Positions 11,291-20,582 of a stretch of DNA of 64,000 nt are shown here, piece by piece. Position numbers and translations under genes: made by a program. Within the stretch, counting starts at the first letter, position 1. The number at the start of each line of letters is the position of its first letter. Origin of the DNA: Promethearchaeota archaeon (lineage in GTDB: Archaea > Asgardarchaeota > Lokiarchaeia > Sigyniarchaeales > SOKP01); assembly GCA_048937405.1 (NCBI GenBank), contig JBHLNF010000007.1, positions 32,001 through 96,000 on the forward strand, in the 5' to 3' direction. The notes under the pieces were generated by a model that worked only from the letters and a program-made list of their open reading frames with translations, was not told the origin of the DNA and did not search any database.

Positions 11291-12295
11291 CTATTTTTTA
11301 TCATTCCAACGAGGGTAAGTTCCTCTCTCCATAAAAACTTTATTAGACTTTACAAGAATTCCAGATTTTGCTTTATAGATTTGAAGCGCATCCTTTAAGG
11401 TCAAGCCAAAACCTATTAATTCTTTTTTTAAAGTCATAAAGGCTACGAGCATATTTGGTTTTATTCTAGCATCAATATAGCATATACCTGCTGAAGCTAG
11501 ATCTGCTCCATGGCATAATGCATCTACTGCTGTGTCTCTAACATAGATCTTAGGTAGATGTGATACCATTTTTTCCATTGGAAAAATAAATTTTCTCAAA
11601 TAATAATTATTCCCCTCCAATTGATAAATTGTATAAGCGTCTTTTAAATTTTGCAGGGTAATTAGATTATTATTTTCAATAAAATCCCCCACTCTTGTTC
11701 TTCTTAGTTCAAGCATATGAGCTCCAGAACAAAGAGCTTCCCCTATGTCAAAGCATAATTTCCTTATATATGTTCCTGCTTCGCATCCAACTCGAAATAA
11801 TACATGGTTATTATCAACATCAATAACTTGGCAATAATAAATTTCTCTTATTCTCAATTTTCGAACTACTGATGACTTTATGGGAGGTCTTTGATATATC
11901 TTTCCAGTAAATAATTTGAAAATTTTTTCTATTCTTTTTCTTTTTTCAGGAGAGTGGAGATACATTACTCCTACATATTCTTTACCGGCATTTAATAATG
12001 CTGATAATACTCTCGTTGCCTTACCAAGAGCACAAGGTAACACACCAGTAACTTTTGGATCAAGAGTTCCTCCATGACCTGCATTTGAAATTCCCAAAAT
12101 TTTACGAACCCATGATACTACCTCGTGACTAGTTGGTCCACTTGGTTTATCAAGATTTAATACCCCATATTGGAGGAGTGTTTCAATACTTCTATTTTCA
12201 GGTTCACATCCATAATTTGGATCAGAATTATCTTCTGATTTAATCAATAATTGTTCTGGTTCGTCAGAAGGTAGTTTAAATTCTAATTTTTCCAT
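11291..12295 (-). CDS. cbf5: H/ACA RNA-guided pseudouridine synthase Cbf5
   Basis: LDKPSGPTSHEVV, GHGGTLDP, CEAGTYIRKLC, PUA domain. Confidence 0.97.
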   Translation of the reverse strand: MEKLEFKLPSDEPEQLLIKSEDNSDPNYGCEPENRSIETLLQYGVLNLDKPSGPTSHEVVSWVRKILGISNAGHGGTLDPKVTGVLPCALGKATRVLSALLNAGKEYVGVMYLHSPEKRKRIEKIFKLFTGKIYQRPPIKSSVVRKLRIREIYYCQVIDVDNNHVLFRVGCEAGTYIRKLCFDIGEALCSGAHMLELRRTRVGDFIENNNLITLQNLKDAYTIYQLEGNNYYLRKFIFPMEKMVSHLPKIYVRDTAVDALCHGADLASAGICYIDARIKPNMLVAFMTLKKELIGFGLTLKDALQIYKAKSGILVKSNKVFMERGTYPRWNDKK

Positions 12296-12428
12296 ACTAT
12301 TGAGAAGTGAAGGGAATATTTAATTAATAATAAAAAAAGAGATCTCATAAATCTTTCCTAATTTAGAATGCTAAGGTTTTTCCCGTTAATAAATTAGAAA
12401 TTAGAAAAATTTAATACCAACTTAAATA

Positions 12429-13262
12429 TCACTCTATAGGAAAAAAATCGGGTAAATCTCCTGGTACTTTCAAATTCCATTTAGGTCTTCTTTTTTGAAG
12501 AAAAGACATTATTCCTTCTCGTGCATCTGATTGTTTACCTGTCCAGCGTGAATATCTATGATTTATACTCTCCACCTTATCTATATCTGTCTCGGTAAGG
12601 AATTGATAAAGCATTCTCTTTGTAAGAGATGTACTCACAGGCGCACTTAATAATATCTCATCAGCTATTTCTCGGGCGGTATCCATTAATTTATCATCAG
12701 GTACTACTCGACTAACAAGGCCGTACTCTAAAGATTCTTGAGCATTTAAGATTCTCCCAGTATACATTAATTCAGCAGCACGACTAATTCCAATTATACG
12801 AGGTAAAATCCAGGGACATGAAATCTCAGGTAAATAACCACGTCGATTGAATACAATTCCTATACGTGCACTCTCGGAAGCGATTCGTATATCAAAAGGT
12901 AAAATAAATGTGACACCAATCCCAACAGTAGGACCATTAATTGCAACTATTACAGGCTTCATCAACAAAAAGTACCGTCCAGTCATACTTCCTTCACGTC
13001 TGGCCCTTTCATCTCTCTCACGTGGCCTATTTGAACCATCAAGTGCCGTAGCACCACTCGATAAATCAGCACCAGCGCAAAATCCTCTTCCTGCACCAGT
13101 TAATATTGTAACCCGTAAATTAGGATCGTTTTCAACTTTCATAAGTGCATCCCAAACCTCCATCCCCATTTGCCAAGTATAAGCGTTCAAATGTTCTGGT
13201 CTGTTTAAAGTGATTGTTGCAACCTCATCCGAGGCTTCAAAAATTATTTGTTCATATTCCAT
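12429..13262 (-). CDS. Enoyl-CoA hydratase/isomerase family
   Basis: ITLNRPE, LTGAGRGFCAGADL, KPVIVAING; GGAGG SD. Confidence 0.93.
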   Translation of the reverse strand: MEYEQIIFEASDEVATITLNRPEHLNAYTWQMGMEVWDALMKVENDPNLRVTILTGAGRGFCAGADLSSGATALDGSNRPRERDERARREGSMTGRYFLLMKPVIVAINGPTVGIGVTFILPFDIRIASESARIGIVFNRRGYLPEISCPWILPRIIGISRAAELMYTGRILNAQESLEYGLVSRVVPDDKLMDTAREIADEILLSAPVSTSLTKRMLYQFLTETDIDKVESINHRYSRWTGKQSDAREGIMSFLQKRRPKWNLKVPGDLPDFFPIE

Positions 13263-13855
13263 GTTTATAAAAACCTCCTTTTTATCTTTATTTTTTTTAA
13301 CTAACTGGTTTTATTTCCCAAAATATTTAAAGTTTTAATTCTCATATTGCCTACCTTTTTAAAATAAATGAAATAAAAAATCTGTGGTAATTATTGTACT
13401 AACATTCCTTTAGATTATGTTTATTTATATATTATAAATCTTAGATATATCTCCTCTTTTTATCCATAAAAATAAATAATTCCAAAAAAAGCGATAGCAA
13501 TGATACAATTGTAATATCATGAAACCAAATATATATCTCGAAAGTAATTCATTTAATATTGAATGATATATAATGACTCTCCCCTTTTTTTTCATTTATC
13601 TACTTAATGGAAAGGATTTCTTTACCTTTATTTTAGATAATAGTTTTTTACCTTTAACAATGAAAAGGTAAAAAATTAGTTTCCTCTCTGCAGAGAATCA
13701 ATAGATCAGCATTATTAAACCAAAAACCTTAGATCATATTCTCAAATATTATTAACTAATATTTTAAAATTCAGGAAATCTTTAGAAGGAGGATTTTGGG
13801 ATTTGATGAAATTTGAAGGACAAAATAAGTATAGATAACGTATTTATCTGAATAA

Positions 13856-13959
13856 CGGGCTATAGGGGAATTGAACCCCTGACCTTTCTTTTTAAGGGAG
13901 AATTTCCCATAAATGTCAGGTTAAAAGCCTGCTGCGCTACCTGCCTGCGCCAATAGCCC
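13856..13959 (-). tRNA. tRNA-Lys(UUU) with a 30-nt intron in the variable region (about 44/45; 13885-13914)
   Basis: Acceptor GGGCTAT/ATAGCCC+G73, D stem GCGC/GCGC, loop CT-TTT-AA, T arm AGGGG-TTCAATT-CCCCT; 30 extra nt forming hairpin TTTATGGGA/TCCCTTAAA; exact splice points uncertain. Confidence 0.88.
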
Positions 13960-14084
13960 ATAAAGAATTTAATTTATAATTAGGTGTGAATTGTATAAGA
14001 ATAAATCCATTATAATATAAAAATTTTATTTAAATGAGATTCTTTCCCTTAAATTTTAAATAATACATGGAAATATAGTAAAAT

Positions 14085-15110
14085 TTAACCCTTTTCAATA
14101 AAATGTTCGAATCCATAACTCTTAATTTCTTTTTTCTCCCCCTCTTTAACAATAAAGATCCTTTCTTCGGAAATAATCTTTCCAATTCTAAAAAGATTCC
14201 CATTTTTTGATAGAATTTCACTTTGAGCTGTGGAATAATCTTTGGGATCAAGAGTAAATAAATGAATAAATTCTTCACCACCATTAAAAACTAACTCTTC
14301 TAAAGAAACATTGAATTCATTAGAGTATTGAATTGCTTCTTTATCTATCAAATTAGCCCCAAAATCTATGTCAAATCCTACTTTTTGATTTGAAAGCATC
14401 AAATCCTGTAATGATTTTGATAAACCATCAGAGGAATCTATACTAGATGTTGCTAAATTTCTCTTAGATAATATAAAAGCTTCTATTCCAGAGAGTTCAG
14501 GCTCTAAAATACTCATAATAGATCTCTTATATTTTGGAAAACTATGTAGATCTCCCTTTTTATTTAAAATGATATCGAATCCTACTCCTGTTAAACCAAA
14601 TTTATTATTTGCAACTAAAATATCTCCTACTTTTATTCCTTTCCTGTAAGTAATAGATGAAGGTTTTTTAAAACCAAATACAGTTGGATTTATTATCAAT
14701 TCTTTTGTTTCATTAAGATCTCCACCAATATAATCCATATCATATTTCATTCCATAATCTATAACACCATTTAAGATATCAACAAACTCTTCTTTTTTAA
14801 GTTCTTTTGGTAAACCAAATGAAATTATCATAGCTTTAGGTTTTACACCTTTAACTAATAAATCACTAACATTCATTAAAACCGATTTTCTGCCAATTTG
14901 ATAAGGATTCATTAGAAATGGCACATCTGTAGTAGAAACTAGCATATCGGAATTTAAGACTAAATTCCCTTCAGATTTTATATTTTTGAATTCAAAGAAG
15001 GAAGAATCATCCTTCAATAATTCTCTTCCAGTTTTTTTTAAAACTAAATCCTCTATTAATGTTATTAACTTTTTTTCCCCAAGATTTCCAATCTGAAGAT
15101 TATTATTCAT
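14085..15110 (-). CDS. thiL: Thiamine-monophosphate kinase
   Basis: GEKKLI, DDSS, NVSDL, IGGDL, IDSSDGL, GGEEF. Confidence 0.93.
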   Translation of the reverse strand: MNNNLQIGNLGEKKLITLIEDLVLKKTGRELLKDDSSFFEFKNIKSEGNLVLNSDMLVSTTDVPFLMNPYQIGRKSVLMNVSDLLVKGVKPKAMIISFGLPKELKKEEFVDILNGVIDYGMKYDMDYIGGDLNETKELIINPTVFGFKKPSSITYRKGIKVGDILVANNKFGLTGVGFDIILNKKGDLHSFPKYKRSIMSILEPELSGIEAFILSKRNLATSSIDSSDGLSKSLQDLMLSNQKVGFDIDFGANLIDKEAIQYSNEFNVSLEELVFNGGEEFIHLFTLDPKDYSTAQSEILSKNGNLFRIGKIISEERIFIVKEGEKKEIKSYGFEHFIEKG

Positions 15111-15178
15111 TAGATAAAATTTAAAATTTTATTATTATTATGAATTTTGAATAGTATCGCCCTATTAAAAATTTCTCT

Positions 15179-15279
15179 GCCTCTGTGGCTTAGTGGTATA
15201 GCAACATTCTACATCATCATGATGAAAATGCTAAAGATTCGTAATCTGTAGATCGGGGGTTCGATTCCCCCCAGAGGCT
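15179..15279 (+). tRNA. tRNA-Thr(CGU) with a 29-nt intron at 28/29 (15206-15234)
   Basis: Acceptor GCCTCTG/CAGAGGC+T73; after splicing, stem ACAGA/TCTGT with loop TT-CGT-AA; T arm GGGGG-TTCGATT-CCCCC; BHB central helix AGCA/TGCT with bulges AC^A and AA^A. Confidence 0.93.
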
Positions 15280-15283
15280 TAAA

Positions 15284-16297
15284 CTATACTTCCTCTGTAA
15301 AAACAAATCTTTTTATCATTTGTAGTGCTAGCATTCTAAACGCGTCGTTTATATTTGTCCCTGTTTTTGCAGATGTTTCAATAAAAGAAAGATTTAATTT
15401 TTGCGCGAGAGCTTCTCCTTCTTCAGTTGAAATAACCCGGTTATTTTCCAAATCGATTTTATTTCCAACAAGAATTAGTGATATTTGGGGTGAAACGCTT
15501 TTAATCTCTTTAAACCAATCTTCTAGACTTTCCAAGGTTTCTTTGCGGGTAACATCATATACTAATATTCCCGCTTCCGCATTTGAGAGATATGTTTGCC
15601 TGACCCGTTTGAACTGTGCTTGGCCTGCTAAATCCCAAATTACAAAACGAACTTTTGATCCTAATCCTTGAAAATCACATTCTTTTTTCATTATAGACGT
15701 TCCAATTGTAGATTTGTAATCAGATTGAAATGAATCTTCAACAAAACGATGAACCATGCTCGTTTTACCTACTCCTCCCTCACCACCAAGGATAAGTTTA
15801 AATGCATATTCTCCTGATTGTACCTTTATTTTTTGAAGTTTGTCTACTTTCCTTTCAATATTCTTGGTTTCTTTTTCCGAAACTAATTTAGGAATTACAG
15901 GACTTACAGTTCTCCCATCAAATATTCTCGCAATTTTTTCAGCAGCTAGATAAGCATAAGGAAAAACAGGATCTACCATTGCAACTGAAGTTAAGACTGT
16001 TACAAAAATAGCTTCAGGTCCAGCTTCACAGAATATGAATCTCTGCTCTTCAGTATCGAAGGTTCCTGTTCCAAAAGAACCTGAACTAAATTCTTCTGTG
16101 ATTCTAGTTAAAACAGGTTCTACCAATGCACTAACACCTCCAATAACATCTTCCTCTACCTCAGTATCCGAAATTCCTTTTAAAGCACTCATTACTAAAC
16201 CTTCTCTATTAACTATAAGAGCAGCTATTAAATTTTCACCTATCTCTTGCTTATACCATTTTAATAAAGCTTCAAGTTTTTTCCTATCAACTGACAT
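15284..16297 (-). CDS. Roadblock/LC7 domain fused to a Rab-like small GTPase
   Basis: N-term AALIVNREGLVMSA roadblock; G1 GEGGVGKTS, G2 TIG, G3 WDLAGQ, G4 NKID, G5 ETSAK; no C-terminal Cys. Confidence 0.93.
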   Translation of the reverse strand: MSVDRKKLEALLKWYKQEIGENLIAALIVNREGLVMSALKGISDTEVEEDVIGGVSALVEPVLTRITEEFSSGSFGTGTFDTEEQRFIFCEAGPEAIFVTVLTSVAMVDPVFPYAYLAAEKIARIFDGRTVSPVIPKLVSEKETKNIERKVDKLQKIKVQSGEYAFKLILGGEGGVGKTSMVHRFVEDSFQSDYKSTIGTSIMKKECDFQGLGSKVRFVIWDLAGQAQFKRVRQTYLSNAEAGILVYDVTRKETLESLEDWFKEIKSVSPQISLILVGNKIDLENNRVISTEEGEALAQKLNLSFIETSAKTGTNINDAFRMLALQMIKRFVFTEEV

Positions 16298-16566
16298 GGA
16301 TTCAATAACATTTGTTATTTCTTTGCAACTCTAATATAAAATATACTAAATATATTTTTATATAGTAGGTTTGTTATTAAAATTTATAGAAAAAGATAGA
16401 TCTTAAGAAAACACGAATTAAAAATTCAAATTTAAAAAGATAAGATAGCTTTAGTTAAGAAATTAAGGATTTAAATGATAGTAAAATTTTAAAATATTAA
16501 AAATTTCTATTTATCAATTAAACTCTCTAAAATAATCATTATAAGAGGGAAATATTTAAGGAACAA

Positions 16567-16773
16567 GCAGGGGTAGCCAAGATTCTAGAATAAATCATCT
16601 AGAACTTTACTAGATTACCTCTAGTAGACTAGAATGGAAATTTGGTCTACGGTGCTAGAATATACCGTGATTGTACGTTTATGGTGAAACTGAGGCTCTA
16701 GTGACATAGGTCTTCGTGGGTTCGAAAATCGACGTAGGTTATACGAATTCGATAGAAAATCCCACCTCCTGCA
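16567..16773 (+). tRNA. tRNA-Leu(GAG) with introns at 15/16 (16582-16640, probably two nested), about 30/31 (16659-16688) and 59/60 (16727-16759)
   Basis: Acceptor GCAGGGG/CTCCTGC+A73; removing 122 nt leaves an 85-nt class II tRNA (GCCAAG-TTTGGTCTAC-GGT, CTAGA-CTGAGGC-TCTAG, long V arm, GTGGG-TTCGAAT-CCCAC); BHB-like motif at each junction. Confidence 0.9.
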
Positions 16774-16951
16774 CCTAAAAATACATTAACAATTTATTAA
16801 AAGGAAATAAATAGATTTGCATTCAATTCTGGATTCAAAATATATCTTTTTATTAATAGATACCCTTGATTGATGCTTAACAAAAAATATAAATGGGTTA
16901 CTAAAAATTAACTGGTACTTTTTAGGATCATAAGAATAGTGTAAGGAATTT

Positions 16952-19900
16952 TTAAAAAAAATCAGAAAGCTTATGCTGCTTTAATTTTGGATTATTCGTC
17001 AAACTTTCTACGTATTCCTCTATTAATACCATTCTTTGTTTTGTATAATCATCTAAATTAAAATTATCGCATAAATCCAATGCACGAGGTATATATTTTT
17101 CAATCCCTCCACGATTCACTGTTAAAATAACCCGATTTCCACATTTAGGACATTTTCCACCGTTGGATAATGGAGGGCGCCTAAATTTTTCATTACATTT
17201 AACACATCGAAATCCTTGAACTGAAAATTTTCTTAAATTTCCCAGAATATCAGGATTAAAATGGGTGGTTAATATCTTTTCAGCAACCTTTTTTGCATTA
17301 ACAGCTTTTATAATTCTGGCTAGGTGAATTTGGGCATCAATTTTATCATCCATAGTTTCATATAATTTATACGCAGATGTTATTGGCCCTTCATTAATAT
17401 TATCAGTTGGAATATTAAATCCAATATTTTCATATTGATTTGGTGTTCCTAAATGACTTTTAACAAGTTCCATTATATTTTCAATTTCAGAAGGAGAACA
17501 ATATCTTTCTGTAGCTTTATAAAACTCTAATGGATATTTCTGCAATGTATCAATATTGTGAGCTTCGATATCAATCTCATTAGGGTCAATTTTAGTGCCA
17601 ATTACCAAAGTTGCATCCATCCTCCCCCCAATTTTACTTGGAAGATAATGTCTAGAAAAATTCAACAGGGGATCTAAGAGTAGCATTACGCCATCTTCAT
17701 CCCCATCACAGTTTCTTCTCTTTGCAGCATGCCAAAAAGGATGGGCATATATAGATCTAGCAGGAGTAAAACCTATTATTCTACCCACTATTCCTGCACT
17801 AGTATGAGGCGCTAACCCTACAACTAAATGTCCTATTAAATCATTTCTATCTGATACATTATAAAAAGGTTTCATATGATAGAATAATTCTAATTCATCA
17901 TCCAGAAACTTAGCTATTTTAATAAAATATTCTGCACAATCATCGGAGAGAATAATATCTTGTACTTTTAACTCTAGAATCTGATTATCATCCTTAAGGA
18001 GATTCCCTTTAATATCTTTATCATACCCTAATGTCTTTATTGTATTTATAGATGTTCCAATTTCTTTTGGTTTAAAATGGGTTAATGGTATATCAGTAGC
18101 ATCATATCTTATTTCTGCAGTTTTATAGACTAATACTTCATTTTTTGCTCTTAAAATACCTTTCTCAATTGGTTCAGGAACTTTATACTCATTCGTTAAT
18201 CCAATAATTCCTTTTAATCTATCAGGTAATTGTACATTAAGATTTTCCAAAACTTGATTAATTTGTTCTTTTATATTAAATTTTGCCTCATTAGAAGTTT
18301 TAAGAATACTATTACATTTTTGGCAATAGGTTTCATACGTAGGGTATAGAATTTTACATTGTGAACAAATTTTTTGCAGCTCAGTATGAGTTCCACAACT
18401 AGGGCAAATATTAAAAATAGTTGATTTTCCACAATTTGGGCATTTTTTTCTGCATACTTCAATTCTAATTTTCCCTGATTTTACCACATTTTCTTTATTT
18501 CCAATATTAAATGATTTCCCTTTTTTAGATTCTAATTCAATTTCATTTTCCTTTTTACCATTATATTCCATTGCTTTTTCAAATAATCTTGTACTCCCAA
18601 CAGCATTACTTAAAGGAAAAAGTGCATGAATTCCTTTCATACTTTTCTTCTCTGATTTTTCAGGACGTCCCATTCTTGAACCCATAAAATAAGGGGCTTT
18701 ATTTTTAATTTTGAATGATGAAACCAGATAAAAATAGTTAAATACATCATCAACATTTTCTATTTTCTTAGCATCCTTATCTTTTAAATTAAAAATAGTT
18801 TTATATATAAGATTCATACTTTTACTAAAAGTAATTTTGTTTTCTTTTATTTTATGGGGAATAAATGCTTTTTCAAGAATTTTTTTAATTGGTTCCTCAT
18901 TTTCTAAGATAATTAGTTGTTCTAATTCAGAAAAACTCTTAATAAATGCTTTTCGTAGTGTTACTAACTCTGCTACTGTTAGATTCCCCCAAAAATCTAA
19001 ATAATAAGGATGGAGGGGAATATCATATTTTTTTGAAATTTTAATGGTTTCTTGGGCCGTAGGAATGTTTTTAAAAGGATTTTTTATCAATTTTTTAAGC
19101 TTTTCGTCAATAATCTCCTCCTTATTAAGAGAATTCTCCAATTCTAATGCCCACCATTCTTCTACATATCCAGAAGGGATTAATATATGATTATTTTCAG
19201 TAAATTCTCCATAACTAAATAGCAAATCGCCTAAGAATAATATTTCCTCAACTTCTTGGAAAACGGCTTTAGCTTTTTTAACACTTAAGATTTTTATTAC
19301 ATTACCATTTTTTAGTTTTATAATTGGACCCGCAATATAATTTACTGGACATATACTTGTGCTTTTCCCAGGACGTTCAATTCTCAATTGTGTACCAATT
19401 GCAACGAATTCATCTAATAAAGCCATTGTTGCAGGATGCATTCCTCCTGCAGCTAAACCTGTATCTCTAGATCGACCATATCTTATCCTATGCCCTCCGA
19501 TTTCAGACGGGTTACTAAACACTGGTCGTCCGGCGATAATATCTGCAATATATTTAGAATTAGGAGCGATTTTAATTTCTTTTTGCTTATTTACTTGTTT
19601 TTTTTCCTTTTTGGTTTCTTGGTTTTGAGCTATTTTTTTTAAATCAGCTAACCAATCCCAGCCTTCTAAGTTCATGCTATTAGCTATCTTAAGCAATTTT
19701 GGTGCCTTAAGTAAAATACCATCATTTAAAACTAAGCAAGCACCGCCTCGTATTTTATTTGTTTCAATCCTAGGTAAATCTCTAAAAGCTGAAACTTCTT
19801 CGTCCTCAGTTGAATCACCATTTATTTCTACAGGTAACTTACTGACAGCATATCGAATTTCTTTAGTAGATGAAGGGTATTGCAAATGCACTCTTCTATC

Positions 19901-20464
19901 ATATAATTTTACTTCTTCAACATACCTACCAATCTCCCCCTCAGTTGCTTCATATTTGGGAAGATTTGATTTCTTTCTAACATAATCTGCTATTAATACA
20001 CATAATGCCGTAGTTGTACCTCCTGCAGCTCTAATTGGTCCAGCAAAATATAATGATAAATATTTTTTTCCAAAATTATCTTTCCGGATTAAAATCTTAG
20101 AAATACCTTCAAGTGGAGCACTAACAACTCCCATCGTTTTAATAGCTAATCCTACTCTAATAGCTCGGTCCACTCGAGCTTCTAATGATTCAATATTTCC
20201 AATATTTTTATCTAATATATCACCAACTACTTTAAAAATTAGTTCATCTTCGGTTAAGCCATCTTTTTTTAAACCTCTTATTACTTTTGCTACACCTTTT
20301 GGTCCTACTAACTTCTCTACCCTTCCTGCTAAATCTTTTGCTTGAGGTGATTCCACTTCTAATTCAGGATCTAATCCTTTCTGACGTGCTCTTTCTGCAA
20401 TAGAATAACACTCATCTACTTGCTTTTGAATCTGATTAAAGTACAATTCCATCGTTTTACTCAT
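16952..20464 (-). CDS. polC: DNA polymerase D large subunit DP2
   Basis: FAGPIRAAGGT, RIRYGRSRDTG, HAAKRRNCDGDED catalytic motif, Zn fingers; no intein. Confidence 0.98.
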   Translation of the reverse strand: MSKTMELYFNQIQKQVDECYSIAERARQKGLDPELEVESPQAKDLAGRVEKLVGPKGVAKVIRGLKKDGLTEDELIFKVVGDILDKNIGNIESLEARVDRAIRVGLAIKTMGVVSAPLEGISKILIRKDNFGKKYLSLYFAGPIRAAGGTTTALCVLIADYVRKKSNLPKYEATEGEIGRYVEEVKLYDRRVHLQYPSSTKEIRYAVSKLPVEINGDSTEDEEVSAFRDLPRIETNKIRGGACLVLNDGILLKAPKLLKIANSMNLEGWDWLADLKKIAQNQETKKEKKQVNKQKEIKIAPNSKYIADIIAGRPVFSNPSEIGGHRIRYGRSRDTGLAAGGMHPATMALLDEFVAIGTQLRIERPGKSTSICPVNYIAGPIIKLKNGNVIKILSVKKAKAVFQEVEEILFLGDLLFSYGEFTENNHILIPSGYVEEWWALELENSLNKEEIIDEKLKKLIKNPFKNIPTAQETIKISKKYDIPLHPYYLDFWGNLTVAELVTLRKAFIKSFSELEQLIILENEEPIKKILEKAFIPHKIKENKITFSKSMNLIYKTIFNLKDKDAKKIENVDDVFNYFYLVSSFKIKNKAPYFMGSRMGRPEKSEKKSMKGIHALFPLSNAVGSTRLFEKAMEYNGKKENEIELESKKGKSFNIGNKENVVKSGKIRIEVCRKKCPNCGKSTIFNICPSCGTHTELQKICSQCKILYPTYETYCQKCNSILKTSNEAKFNIKEQINQVLENLNVQLPDRLKGIIGLTNEYKVPEPIEKGILRAKNEVLVYKTAEIRYDATDIPLTHFKPKEIGTSINTIKTLGYDKDIKGNLLKDDNQILELKVQDIILSDDCAEYFIKIAKFLDDELELFYHMKPFYNVSDRNDLIGHLVVGLAPHTSAGIVGRIIGFTPARSIYAHPFWHAAKRRNCDGDEDGVMLLLDPLLNFSRHYLPSKIGGRMDATLVIGTKIDPNEIDIEAHNIDTLQKYPLEFYKATERYCSPSEIENIMELVKSHLGTPNQYENIGFNIPTDNINEGPITSAYKLYETMDDKIDAQIHLARIIKAVNAKKVAEKILTTHFNPDILGNLRKFSVQGFRCVKCNEKFRRPPLSNGGKCPKCGNRVILTVNRGGIEKYIPRALDLCDNFNLDDYTKQRMVLIEEYVESLTNNPKLKQHKLSDFF

Positions 20465-20582
20465 ATCTGAAATAAAATTTTCACCTTTTGAAGTTGAGAA
20501 AATTTAAAATAATAATGTTTTGAGTTAATATACTTTTTTTCTGATTAAAATTAAATTGAATTATTAATCAGCTATTTTATTA

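Noticed and set aside
13644-13675. 12-bp inverted repeat TTTTTTACCTTT/AAAGGTAAAAAA downstream of tRNA-Lys
   Set aside because: Single low-complexity hairpin in AT-rich DNA; could be a terminator but unsupported.
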